The notes beneath the pieces were generated by a model. The model saw only the letters and a list, made by a program, of their open reading frames with translations, ran no database searches and was not told where the DNA came from. A stretch of DNA of 61,195 nucleotides from Archaeoglobus sp. JdFR-37 (GTDB lineage Archaea; Halobacteriota; Archaeoglobi; Archaeoglobales; Archaeoglobaceae). Location: NCBI GenBank assembly GCA_002010215.1, contig MTMY01000031.1, forward strand, positions 62,001 through 123,195. The letters run 5' to 3'. Positions within the stretch are counted from its first letter, which is position 1, and each line of letters starts with the position of its first letter. A program made the position numbers and the translations under genes. This document shows, in pieces, positions 49,740 through 58,807 of the stretch.

Positions 49740-52069
49740 GAAATCAGCTCCTTTTCTATGTTGCCTAGTCTTTTAATTTCCTCAACAAATTCGTCAAAAT
49801 CTTTAGCTATTCCCTGAGCCTCACCTGCAGAATGCCATATTGCCTTTACTCTTCCGGGATTTACTCCTGCCTCCTCTAAAGCTTTCTTCAAAGCTTCAAT
49901 TCTCTCTTTGGCTGCGAAATTGCCATATTTAAAATGGCACTCGCCCAGCCTGCAGCCAGCAACAATTACACCATCTACTCCTTTTTCAAGGGCGAGCAGT
50001 ATCCATTCAGGATCAACCCGGCCAGTGCAGAGGGTTCTAATAATTCTTACATTTGGAGAGTACTGCACTTTAGTCGTCCCGGCTAGGTCGGCTGCAGAAT
50101 AGCTGCAGTACCAGCATGCGAAGGCAAGGATAAGTGGATCAGCGTTTCTTTCCTCTGCTAATGCTTCTATCATTGCTTTTATCTGCTCTTCACTGAAAAA
50201 CCCCATATCGATGGCATCTGCAGGACAGGCAGCAACGCAAACACCGCACATGACACATGCGTTGGCATCAATTTTCGCCTTTTTGCCATCCATGAATGCT
50301 GCATTGAACTTGCAGACCTTTGTGCAGATAGCACAGCCAGTGCACTTCTCAACATCTACGTAGGCGTTGTAAGGGTCAAATTCTGTCTGGCCGCTTAATA
50401 TTAGCTGTGCTGCTTTCATTGCTGCAAGACCTGCAGAAGCAACACTGTCTTGTATGTCCTTGGGGCCGCTAGCAGCTCCAGCCAAGAAGATGCCTTTAAC
50501 ATCCGTCTCTGCCGGCTTCAACTTGGGATGGGCTACCTCGAAAAACCCATCACTTCCAACGCTTATCCCGAGCTTTGTTGCTATTTCATTCGTCCCCTCA
50601 ATGCCAATTGAGAGAACAACCAAATCAAACTCCTCATCATTTATTTCTCCGGTTAGGGTATTCTCGTAGGTGAGAACCAAGTCACCATCTTCTTTCTCCC
50701 AAATCTCTGCCACTCTTCCTCTTATCATCCTCACACCAGATTCTTGAACTCTCTTGTAGAACTCCTCGTACATCCTTCCAAAGGCCCTTATGTCGATGTA
50801 GAAGATGGTAACCTCAGCATCAGGGTAACGCTCTCTGATGATGAAGGCATTCTTCAAGCTCACCATGCAGCAAACTCTGCTGCAGTATGGATTTGTTTTC
50901 TCATCTCTGCTTCCTACGCACTGAATGAATGCGATGCGTTTTGGAATAGTGGAGTCGGATGGGCGCAAAAGTTCACCAAGGGTGGGTCCGCTAGCAGACA
51001 GAAGTCTCTCGAGTTCCAATGTCGTAATAACGTTTTTGTACTCTCCATATCCATATTCTTCCTTTTTCCGAGCATCAAAAGCTTTGTAGCCTGTCGCTAC
51101 AATAATGGCTCCAGCTTCAACTTCTATCTCTTCTGGTTTTTGGTCAAAGCTGATTGCTTCGGGTTCACATGTTTTCTCACAGAGTTGGCAGCCTATACAA
51201 TGCTCCCAGTCGATGGCAGCATATAGTGGAGTTGACTGAGGGATTGGAAGGTAGATGGCCTTTCTGATTCCGATTGTGTAGTCGAACTCGCTGGGCACTT
51301 CAACAGGGCAGACTGAAGAGCAATCATCTATGCAACCCTTGCATTTACTCTCGTCAACATACCTGGGATGCCTTAGAACTTTAACCCTGAAATTTCCGAC
51401 CCTTCCACTCACCTCTACAACTTCTGCGTTGGTTATAACTTCGATGTTATCGTGATTCCACACTTCACTCATTTTTGGAGCTAGGATGCATATGGAACAG
51501 TCATTGGTGGGAAAAACCTCGTTGAGCGTCGCCATGTGCCCGCCAATGGTAGGCGCTTTTTCAATCAAGTAAACCTTAATTCCTGTATCTGCTAGGTTCA
51601 ATGCTGCTTCAATCCCTGCCACCCCCCCTCCAATGACGACTGCTGCTTTACTGACTTCAATGCTCCTTCTTTTCAGAGCTTCAAGTTTTCTTGCTTTGGC
51701 AACAGCCATTCTCAGCAAATCTTTGGCTTTCAGCGTTGCAGAATAGGGCTTCTCCTGATGAACCCAAGAGCACTGCTCCCGTATATTGGCGAGTTCCACC
51801 ATGTATGGGTTCAGGCCAGCTCTCATGGCGACTTTTCTGAAGGTTATTTCGTGAAGCTTGGGGCTGCAGGCAGCGATTACGATAGCATCAAGCTTATGTT
51901 CTTTAATGGTCTGGACTATCTCCTCCTGACCGCTATCTGAGCAGGAATATTTCATATCGGTGGCAAAAACTACATCATCAAGCTTTTTTGCGTATTCTGT
52001 GAGTTCCTCAACATCCACACTTCGAGCGATGTTGAGGCCACAATGACAGATGAAAACACCTATTCTCAT
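49736..52069 (-). CDS. hdrA: Heterodisulfide reductase subunit A fused to MvhD (HdrA2-type)
   Basis: GVFICHCG, CSP, ANIREQCSWVH, IGGGVAG, QCVGSRD..YCSRVCC, ferredoxin inserts; C-terminal MvhD CWYCSYSAADLAG...CTGRV...GCRLGECH. Confidence 0.93.
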   Translation of the reverse strand: MRIGVFICHCGLNIARSVDVEELTEYAKKLDDVVFATDMKYSCSDSGQEEIVQTIKEHKLDAIVIAACSPKLHEITFRKVAMRAGLNPYMVELANIREQCSWVHQEKPYSATLKAKDLLRMAVAKARKLEALKRRSIEVSKAAVVIGGGVAGIEAALNLADTGIKVYLIEKAPTIGGHMATLNEVFPTNDCSICILAPKMSEVWNHDNIEVITNAEVVEVSGRVGNFRVKVLRHPRYVDESKCKGCIDDCSSVCPVEVPSEFDYTIGIRKAIYLPIPQSTPLYAAIDWEHCIGCQLCEKTCEPEAISFDQKPEEIEVEAGAIIVATGYKAFDARKKEEYGYGEYKNVITTLELERLLSASGPTLGELLRPSDSTIPKRIAFIQCVGSRDEKTNPYCSRVCCMVSLKNAFIIRERYPDAEVTIFYIDIRAFGRMYEEFYKRVQESGVRMIRGRVAEIWEKEDGDLVLTYENTLTGEINDEEFDLVVLSIGIEGTNEIATKLGISVGSDGFFEVAHPKLKPAETDVKGIFLAGAASGPKDIQDSVASAGLAAMKAAQLILSGQTEFDPYNAYVDVEKCTGCAICTKVCKFNAAFMDGKKAKIDANACVMCGVCVAACPADAIDMGFFSEEQIKAMIEALAEERNADPLILAFACWYCSYSAADLAGTTKVQYSPNVRIIRTLCTGRVDPEWILLALEKGVDGVIVAGCRLGECHFKYGNFAAKERIEALKKALEEAGVNPGRVKAIWHSAGEAQGIAKDFDEFVEEIKRLGNIEKELIS

Positions 52070-52244
52070 GGTTTTCACCATTCAAACATTCAAAGGAGGA
52101 AAAATTCAGAACATTTTTAATCTTTCCCCTTATTGAAATTTCGTTGCAACACTGCTGTGAAAGAGCAACTCTGGTAAAAATACTAAAACAACGAATGTAA
52201 AAGAAAACCATCAAATTAAAATAGCCCTACATTCACCATATTTT

Positions 52245-53414
52245 GTGGAACTCCTCGGAATTTCTGTTTACGGCATGGATAAACCTGGAATAGTTCACGG
52301 TATAAGCGAGATACTCGCCAAGAACAACGTAAATATCGTGGATATCGAGCAGACTGTCCTCCAAGGAATGTTTGCCATGTTCATAGTTGGTGATATCTCT
52401 GCTTGTCCCCTCAGCATTCAGGAGCTTGAGGCAAGGCTCAAAAAGAGAGGAGGGGAGATTGGCGTAGAGGTGCATGTAGCTCCCTTCAAAAGGCAGGAAA
52501 CCGGAAAGAAAGACCTTTACGTCATCACCATTCTGGGCAAGGACCGAGTAGGTATCGTGTATGATGTTTCAGGGTTGCTTTACAGGCATGGCATTAATAT
52601 AGAAAAGACTAGCCTTACAGCGAGAGACAAACTCATCTCCATTGAATTTCTGGTGGATCTCAGGGGAAATGATCCCGAGGATATAAAAAGGAAACTCAAG
52701 GAGGAAATAGAGCATACTGGCCTGGATGTTATTTTCCAGCCATATGAGTTCTTCAAGAGGGATAAAAGGCTGATAGTGTTCGATATGGATTCGACACTGA
52801 TAGATGCCGAGATAATAAACGAACTGGCTAGAGCTGCCGGTGTTGAGGAAGAAGTGGGAGAGCTTACGAAGATGGCTATGGAAGGGGAGATGAGTTTCGA
52901 GGAAGCGTTGAGGGAGAGGGTAAAACTCCTTAAAGGTCTGCCTGTAGAGGTTCTTGAGAAGATTTACAAAGAGATAAAGCTTACAGAGGGTGCAAAGGAG
53001 CTTATTAAGAGTCTGAAAGAGTCAGGATACAAGATTGCTCTAGTGAGTGGAGGGTTTACGTATTTTACGGAGAGGTTGAAAGAAGAACTTGGTCTGGACT
53101 ACGCCTTTGGGAATGAACTCGAAATCGAGAATGGGAAACTTACTGGCAGAATAAAGGGAAGGATAATTGATGCTAAAGAAAAAGCAAGAATAATCGATGA
53201 AATAGCTACGAAAGAAGGAATAAGTAAAGAAAATATTGTTGCAGTTGGTGATGGAGCCAATGACAGAATCATGATTGAAAACGCCGGGCTTGGCATAGCT
53301 TTCAACGCTAAGGAAGCTCTGAAAGAAGTTGCTGACGGCATGCTTAGCAAGGAGAATCTGATTGGTTTGGCAAGTGTTCTCAAACTATCATCGGAATTCA
53401 GAAAGAGGGTTTAG
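52245..53414 (+). CDS. serB: Phosphoserine phosphatase with two N-terminal ACT domains
   Basis: DKPGIV and DRVGIV ACT repeats; FDMDSTL, VSGGF, GDGAND. Confidence 0.94.
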   Translation: MELLGISVYGMDKPGIVHGISEILAKNNVNIVDIEQTVLQGMFAMFIVGDISACPLSIQELEARLKKRGGEIGVEVHVAPFKRQETGKKDLYVITILGKDRVGIVYDVSGLLYRHGINIEKTSLTARDKLISIEFLVDLRGNDPEDIKRKLKEEIEHTGLDVIFQPYEFFKRDKRLIVFDMDSTLIDAEIINELARAAGVEEEVGELTKMAMEGEMSFEEALRERVKLLKGLPVEVLEKIYKEIKLTEGAKELIKSLKESGYKIALVSGGFTYFTERLKEELGLDYAFGNELEIENGKLTGRIKGRIIDAKEKARIIDEIATKEGISKENIVAVGDGANDRIMIENAGLGIAFNAKEALKEVADGMLSKENLIGLASVLKLSSEFRKRV

Positions 53415-53445
53415 ATTTGGCTCTTCTTTTATCTTTCCATTGCTT

Positions 53446-53478
53446 GCAAGACCCCCTGCGAAGCGAGGGGTGATTCAC
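53446..53478 (+). mobile_element. Possible IS200/IS605-family (tnpB) right-end remnant
   Basis: GCAAGAC-CCCCT-GCGAAGCG-AGGGG-TGATTCAC hairpin plus TTCAC end; related to 12419-12444. Confidence 0.45.
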
Positions 53479-53512
53479 TTCAGGTTTTGTAAGGTTAATG
53501 GCAGGCACATCG

Positions 53513-53531
53513 ATGCCACTGAAAGTGGCAT
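53513..53531. repeat. Perfect 8-bp inverted repeat between convergent genes
   Basis: ATGCCACT-GAA-AGTGGCAT. Confidence 0.6.
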
Positions 53532-53558
53532 TGCTCATGCCTCACGATCATTTCAAAA

Positions 53559-54674
53559 TCACTCATACCTTAAGGCCTCAATGGGCTCAAGTCTTGAAGC
53601 TTTCCAGGCAGGATAGGCAGCGCTGACGAGTGCTGTGGCGATTCCGAAGAGAATTCCTTCCACGATATACAGCACGGATGAAGCTTGGAATATATACTTG
53701 GCGGAGCCGAGAACAAGCATATCTATTGCATAACCTCCTGCTAGGCTCAGCACACCACCAATTATGCTGCCAGCGACGCCCAGAATAAGAGCCTCAGTCA
53801 AAAATATTCTGAGTATCGTCCCTCTGTAGGCTCCAATGGCCCGCATCACTCCTATCTCCTTTGTTCTCTCTATTGTTGACATCAGCATGATGTTCAGTAT
53901 GCTCACTCCAGCTACGAAGAGGGATACTGCAGCTATTGCCATGAGAAAGATGGTCATCTGACCAAACACATCTTCGATTCTTTCTATTATCATCTTCAAT
54001 TCGAATACAGAAACCTTTTCCTCTCTGGAATTTATGATCCTGTCAACAGACTTCTTAAAGGCCTCTATGTATTCAAGGCTCTCCACCTTAACTATGACCT
54101 TAGAATACTCAGCATCTTTGAGCTTCCCGAAATCTTCTATAGAGATGAGGATGGCATTGTTGGGGTTTATGTCGAACCTTGCTCCTTCCTCCTTCAAAAT
54201 GCCAGAAATTCTGAATTCCTCCCCTTTGATGATAATTTTACCTCCTATCCTCAAATTCAGCCTCTCTGCGATTTTGCTGCCAGCAACAGCTTCTCCTCTC
54301 CTAATACCTCCCTTTTCGACTTCGAAAAGCTCCTCAACGTAATCGATACCGAAGATGTTTACGGGTACCTTTTTTCCTCTGTAATCCAATAATTCAGTAT
54401 AGCTTTTGATGGGTATTATAGATTCTGCGTAAGGTATTTTTCTAAGTTTGGATACTGTCCTCTCATCTATGGATAGATAGCCCTGAGAATACGCTGGAGT
54501 GACTATCAGTTCGTTGGCAAGGTCTTGGAAATTCTCCATGACTGTTGCCTTCAAACTCTCACTGAATATGCCGATGGATGCGATTGCCATCACACCTATC
54601 AGAATTCCGATAACGGCAAGAGCACTCCTCATTTTGGCTCTGCCAAGGTTTCTTCTTGCAAGCTCAAGATACAT
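53559..54674 (-). CDS. ABC transporter permease (MacB/FtsX-like)
   Basis: RSALAVIGILIGV, NIMLMSTIERTKEIGVMRAIGA, YPAWKASRLEPIEALRYE. Confidence 0.92.
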   Translation of the reverse strand: MYLELARRNLGRAKMRSALAVIGILIGVMAIASIGIFSESLKATVMENFQDLANELIVTPAYSQGYLSIDERTVSKLRKIPYAESIIPIKSYTELLDYRGKKVPVNIFGIDYVEELFEVEKGGIRRGEAVAGSKIAERLNLRIGGKIIIKGEEFRISGILKEEGARFDINPNNAILISIEDFGKLKDAEYSKVIVKVESLEYIEAFKKSVDRIINSREEKVSVFELKMIIERIEDVFGQMTIFLMAIAAVSLFVAGVSILNIMLMSTIERTKEIGVMRAIGAYRGTILRIFLTEALILGVAGSIIGGVLSLAGGYAIDMLVLGSAKYIFQASSVLYIVEGILFGIATALVSAAYPAWKASRLEPIEALRYE

Positions 54675-55335
54675 CTGTAATCACCCCGTCTATTATCTTG
54701 TATATCCTTTCTGCGAACTCCGCCACCGATGGGTCGTGTGTTACAAGTACAACTGTAACACCCTCCTCTTCATTCAGCTTTCTGATTATCTCCATAACTG
54801 CCTTTCCGCTTTTGGTATCAAGGTTACCAGTGGGCTCGTCACACAGTAATATGGAGGGGTTGTTCGCCAAAGCCCTTGCTATGGCTACACGTTGCTGCTG
54901 TCCTCCACTCAGCTCACTAGGTTTTCTGTGCATTTCGTCTTCCAATCCAACAATCGATAGAAGTTCCTCAGCTCTTTTCCTCCTTTCAAGCTTTGATGCT
55001 CCTTTGAATATGGTCGGCAATTCAACGTTCTCAAGGGCAGTCAGGGTTGGAATAAGGTTATATTGCTGAAATATGAAGCCTATGGTATCTCTTCGGAGCT
55101 CTGTAAGTCCTTTATCTGAAAGCTGTGACGTATCAACACCGTTTATGAAAACCTTACCTTCTGTAGGTTTATCTAGGCAGCCTATGAGGTTTAGCAGGGT
55201 CGATTTGCCACTACCTGACGGCCCCATTATGGCAACGAATTCTCCTGTTTCCACGTTCATGGAGACTCCGTTGAGAGCTACAACTTCATACGCCCCGCTC
55301 CGGTAAACCTTCGTAACGTCTACAAGCCGGATCAT
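54664..55335 (-). CDS. ABC transporter ATPase (LolD/MacB-like)
   Basis: GPSGSGKST, LSGGQQQRVAIARAL, DEPTGNLD, VTHD. Confidence 0.94.
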   Translation of the reverse strand: MIRLVDVTKVYRSGAYEVVALNGVSMNVETGEFVAIMGPSGSGKSTLLNLIGCLDKPTEGKVFINGVDTSQLSDKGLTELRRDTIGFIFQQYNLIPTLTALENVELPTIFKGASKLERRKRAEELLSIVGLEDEMHRKPSELSGGQQQRVAIARALANNPSILLCDEPTGNLDTKSGKAVMEIIRKLNEEEGVTVVLVTHDPSVAEFAERIYKIIDGVITDVS

Positions 55336-56684
55336 CTTGATCTTATCCAGATCAGGGCGACTATGGCTATCACCGCAACTGCCGATATTATAGCAATTAT
55401 TGAGAGCTTGCTCTCAGTTTTTTCAACGCTGGAGGCAGGTATCTCGATTGGGTAACTAACTTCTATTTTTTTACCCACGTCATTCATCCATGTAATCTTG
55501 AGTGTAGCAGTATCTGTGGTGTTTCCAAGATTAAACTCAAAGCTGTCGAAGTCTGAAGGAGGAAGTGTGCCCAGATAATAGGTCTTCCTTTCATCGCCGC
55601 TTGTAATCTCCAGTAATATGTTTCGAGCGTTGCCCAGTCCAACATTGCTGACGTCTCCTGAGATTCTGACTCCATCAGCATCTTTTTCTACCTCAAGATT
55701 GCTCAGGACTACTGGACTCTCGTTAATCACTCTTATAGCAATCTCTTTAGTCATAAGGTATTCTATACTTACAGTGTCTTTGTAGCTCACTTTTAACTGT
55801 ATCTTGCTTTGATGTGGCTTATCTGGCGAATACAAGACTTCCAATGTTCTGCTCTCTGAGCTGGCCATTACAGGGATGTCAAGTTCTTCGGAAGAAAATG
55901 TTCCTGCATCTGAAATTAGCTGGATTTTTATGGAGTATATCTTGTCATCTCTTAGGTTAGTAATCCCCACTTCTATTGGAACGACGTCATTGAGCATGGC
56001 TAATGAGGGGGAGGATATGTTTAGGAACAAGCCACCACTCTCGCGATATTCAGGTCTGATGATTTGGGTTATTTCATGGTAGTTTCGGCCGTTGTAGAAC
56101 TTGATTTTGAAAATGAGCTCTTCAGGTTTTGTTGGATAGAAGGTGAAAGCTCCCTGTCCGTTACTGACATGTATTGTACGAGGAGTTGCGTTGAACATAG
56201 GTTCCACAACCACGCTAGAGAGCTGTATAGGACTTATGATGTGGAATTCAACCGTGTTGACCTCGTTTAATGTGATGATGGACTTATTCAAAATCAGTTC
56301 TGGCATCCTTTCCTCGACCCTAACTACCATTATTTGCTTTACTGACCCATTTGAAGTACTGATTCGGACATCTATTCTGTATTTCCCTGGTTCATTTGCT
56401 TTCACCGTAAAAGGAAGCTCATAGGTGGAACCAGATTTGAGCTGACCAATTGAAGAAATAATTGCTGGTTCAATTTTTATGCCAGCTGGAGCGAAGAAAA
56501 CAACACTGTTGATGGAGGTATCCTCACTTGCAACTATTTTGAGTAGCCCGTCTGCTTCATCACCTGGCAGAAGAATCGGGGGATCCATCTGTATTTCAGA
56601 AACTACTACTTGAGCGGATGCAGGTATTGCAGATATCGTGCATATGATGAGTAAAAATGCTATTGTACCTAGTTTCTTCAACAC
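55332..56684 (-). CDS. Secreted multi-Ig-domain protein with C-terminal TM anchor (COG1361 S-layer-like)
   Basis: Signal peptide, beta-rich repeats, YYLGTLPPSDFDSFEF, C-terminal TM plus basic tail; coupled to ABC genes. Confidence 0.75.
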   Translation of the reverse strand: MLKKLGTIAFLLIICTISAIPASAQVVVSEIQMDPPILLPGDEADGLLKIVASEDTSINSVVFFAPAGIKIEPAIISSIGQLKSGSTYELPFTVKANEPGKYRIDVRISTSNGSVKQIMVVRVEERMPELILNKSIITLNEVNTVEFHIISPIQLSSVVVEPMFNATPRTIHVSNGQGAFTFYPTKPEELIFKIKFYNGRNYHEITQIIRPEYRESGGLFLNISSPSLAMLNDVVPIEVGITNLRDDKIYSIKIQLISDAGTFSSEELDIPVMASSESRTLEVLYSPDKPHQSKIQLKVSYKDTVSIEYLMTKEIAIRVINESPVVLSNLEVEKDADGVRISGDVSNVGLGNARNILLEITSGDERKTYYLGTLPPSDFDSFEFNLGNTTDTATLKITWMNDVGKKIEVSYPIEIPASSVEKTESKLSIIAIISAVAVIAIVALIWIRSR

Positions 56685-57225
56685 TTAAACACCTCCTCTT
56701 TCCAACATACTCCTTGCTATTTTTAAAGTTATGTTTGCCTCAATCCATGCAGCTACAATGATCTCAGGATTATTGAGATTAAAGCAAGGGTTGAGTATTA
56801 CCTGACGTCGTCTTTTATTAAAACCTGCTCTTTTTTACCGGTTAGATATCTCACAATTTCATAAGAGATTTTGAAGCCTGCTACTCTTGCTATGATGATG
56901 GCAGGGATTTCGAAGATTCCATGAGGAATTATTAAAGAGTAAACTAGGCCATTTGGAATTTTTAGATTGACATTCTTATAACAAACCATTTGAGATGCCA
57001 GTAAAAATTAAGTTCAGAAGTGTGTAACATCTAGAACTAGGGACCAATAATAAAAATATTAACCTAAAATTGTTAACGAGTATTGGAAAAAGACTAACTG
57101 GAGAAAATTTGGAGAATTCCGTGATACTATCTGGATTGACATCATCAAAATTTATTTCGCTATTATATTTATTAAAATTAGTAAATCCTATAACAAACGA
57201 TGCTCCAAAATCCAGAAGCTATGAA
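56685..57225 (-). pseudogene. Decayed SpoIIM/DUF95-family membrane protein gene
   Basis: Fragments ILVNNFRLIFLL / IIPHGIFEIPAIIIA / IVAAWIEANIT broken by stops and frameshifts; low GC; 5' boundary approximate. Confidence 0.7.
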
Positions 57226-57498
57226 GTCTCTAATGTTTTCGATAGCTCCTCCCGACCTACTCTATTCTAGCCTTATGGTAGGCTTTGCCGTTACTCTCAA
57301 GTCTCTAACTCTATGGACTTTTACAGTTAAACATGCAAGATAGTTATCGACTGGGAGAGCTTTTGTTTCAGCGTCGGTTCCTACAATAATCTTCGCATTT
57401 TACCAGTTCTATTCTGTGGCCAATCTTCTTTAACTTTTTAACTCAACTACAACCACTCAACAGCAAACCTTAATATACTTCCCACAACTATTATTTCT

Positions 57499-57809
57499 GG
57501 TGGGCTAGGCTGGGGGGTTCGGCGTCCTCTGTAACCCGAAACCGTCGTGATGCGGGGGCCGAAGCCGAAGGAAGGCCCAGCTAGCGGGGAGGTAGTAGCT
57601 GGGTGTTTCGTAGAATCCCCGTCCCGAAGGGTCGGCGGTTGCGGGTAGGCTTCCCGGAGGGGATGTTGCCCGCATTTGCCGGAGGAACCGGCTGAGGCCC
57701 GGAAGGGAGCAAGCCCACTCCGGACGTTCGACGCTTTCGGGGGTGCGGGGAGGAGGAGCACCCAGCTATGAAACCCCGTGATGCTGGGCCGACCGGAGGC
57801 GTGCCCACC
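57499..57809 (+). ncRNA. ffs: Archaeal SRP (7S) RNA
   Basis: About 311-nt GC-rich island; ends GGTGGGC/GCCCACC pair; Alu-domain TGTAAC; helix 8 AGGCCCGGAAGGGAGCA; TATA-like CTTAATATA about 25 nt upstream. Confidence 0.95.
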
Positions 57810-57908
57810 ATTTATTATTCAATTTTTCAATTCTGCTAGTTTCTACCCCACTCTACTCACTCCACCTCTGCCCAAAAAATATTAATCAGCGGCAGTACCT
57901 TCGCCAGT

Positions 57909-58718
57909 ATGAGTCAGTATAAGGGAGAAATAGCCGTAATTTCATCTGCAATTCTTATGGGTTCGTTGCCTATCTTTGTAAGGAATATCGCCTTAAATCC
58001 TGCATCTCTTGCCTTTTTCAGACTTTTTGTTGCAACCCTTATACTCGCCACAGCTATGGTTTTGATGCGAGAATGGCCGGTGCTGGTGGAAGTGAGAAAA
58101 GTACTTCTTCTGGGCACTGCAAATGCCGTGACAATTGTGTCATACATCGCTGCTATCCAGAACCTTCAGGCTGCTATGGCTGCTATTTTGCTCTATATGG
58201 CACCCGTTTATGTTCTCATCTATTCAATGTTCAGAGGGGAAGTCTCTAAGAGCTCACTGATGGCACTTCCGCTTTGCATGCTCGGCCTCTATCTGGCTCT
58301 ATCCCCCTACGGTGAGGTCAACAAGGGGTTGATATTCGGTATAGTTTCCGGTCTCGCATATTCGGTTTTCTTTATTCTCATAAAGGAACTGCGAAAATTC
58401 TATCCATCACTCCAGCTCACGTTTTTGAATGTTGCCATTGCCTCCATCCTTCTATCTCCATCCCTCTTTGTTTTGAGCGGAAATTTCAATCTTGTGTGGG
58501 TAGCTGCTCTGGGCATCATTCCCACCGCTATTCCATTCTTTCTGCTGAATTATGGAATGAAATTTACTAGACTTGACAGGGCGCCGATTCTGGCGCTAAT
58601 AGAACCTGTTGCTGCTGGATTCTTTGGATTCATAATCTTAAATGAAGTTCTTACCTTCAAGCAGCTCATTGGTGCAGCATTTGTTCTTGCAGGCATCATA
58701 TTTGCATTGAGGGATTAG
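57909..58718 (+). CDS. DMT/EamA-family transporter
   Basis: LAFFRL, ILLYMAPVY, ILALIEPV...LNEVL; about 10 TM helices. Confidence 0.85.
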   Translation: MSQYKGEIAVISSAILMGSLPIFVRNIALNPASLAFFRLFVATLILATAMVLMREWPVLVEVRKVLLLGTANAVTIVSYIAAIQNLQAAMAAILLYMAPVYVLIYSMFRGEVSKSSLMALPLCMLGLYLALSPYGEVNKGLIFGIVSGLAYSVFFILIKELRKFYPSLQLTFLNVAIASILLSPSLFVLSGNFNLVWVAALGIIPTAIPFFLLNYGMKFTRLDRAPILALIEPVAAGFFGFIILNEVLTFKQLIGAAFVLAGIIFALRD

Positions 58719-58807
58719 TTGTTAGAATGTTAACTGGAAGAACTTCCGGCGTATCTACACATCAAGGGTGCTTGAAAAACGCTTCAAGCCAAAAATAATT
58801 CAAAAAT

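Noticed and set aside
52082..52244. SECIS or selenocysteine recoding for hdrA-mvhD
   Set aside because: The ORF has no in-frame UGA and Cys occupies the relevant motifs
57447..57811. GC-rich minus-strand ORFs (104 and 76 aa)
   Set aside because: Artefacts of the SRP RNA gene on the plus strand
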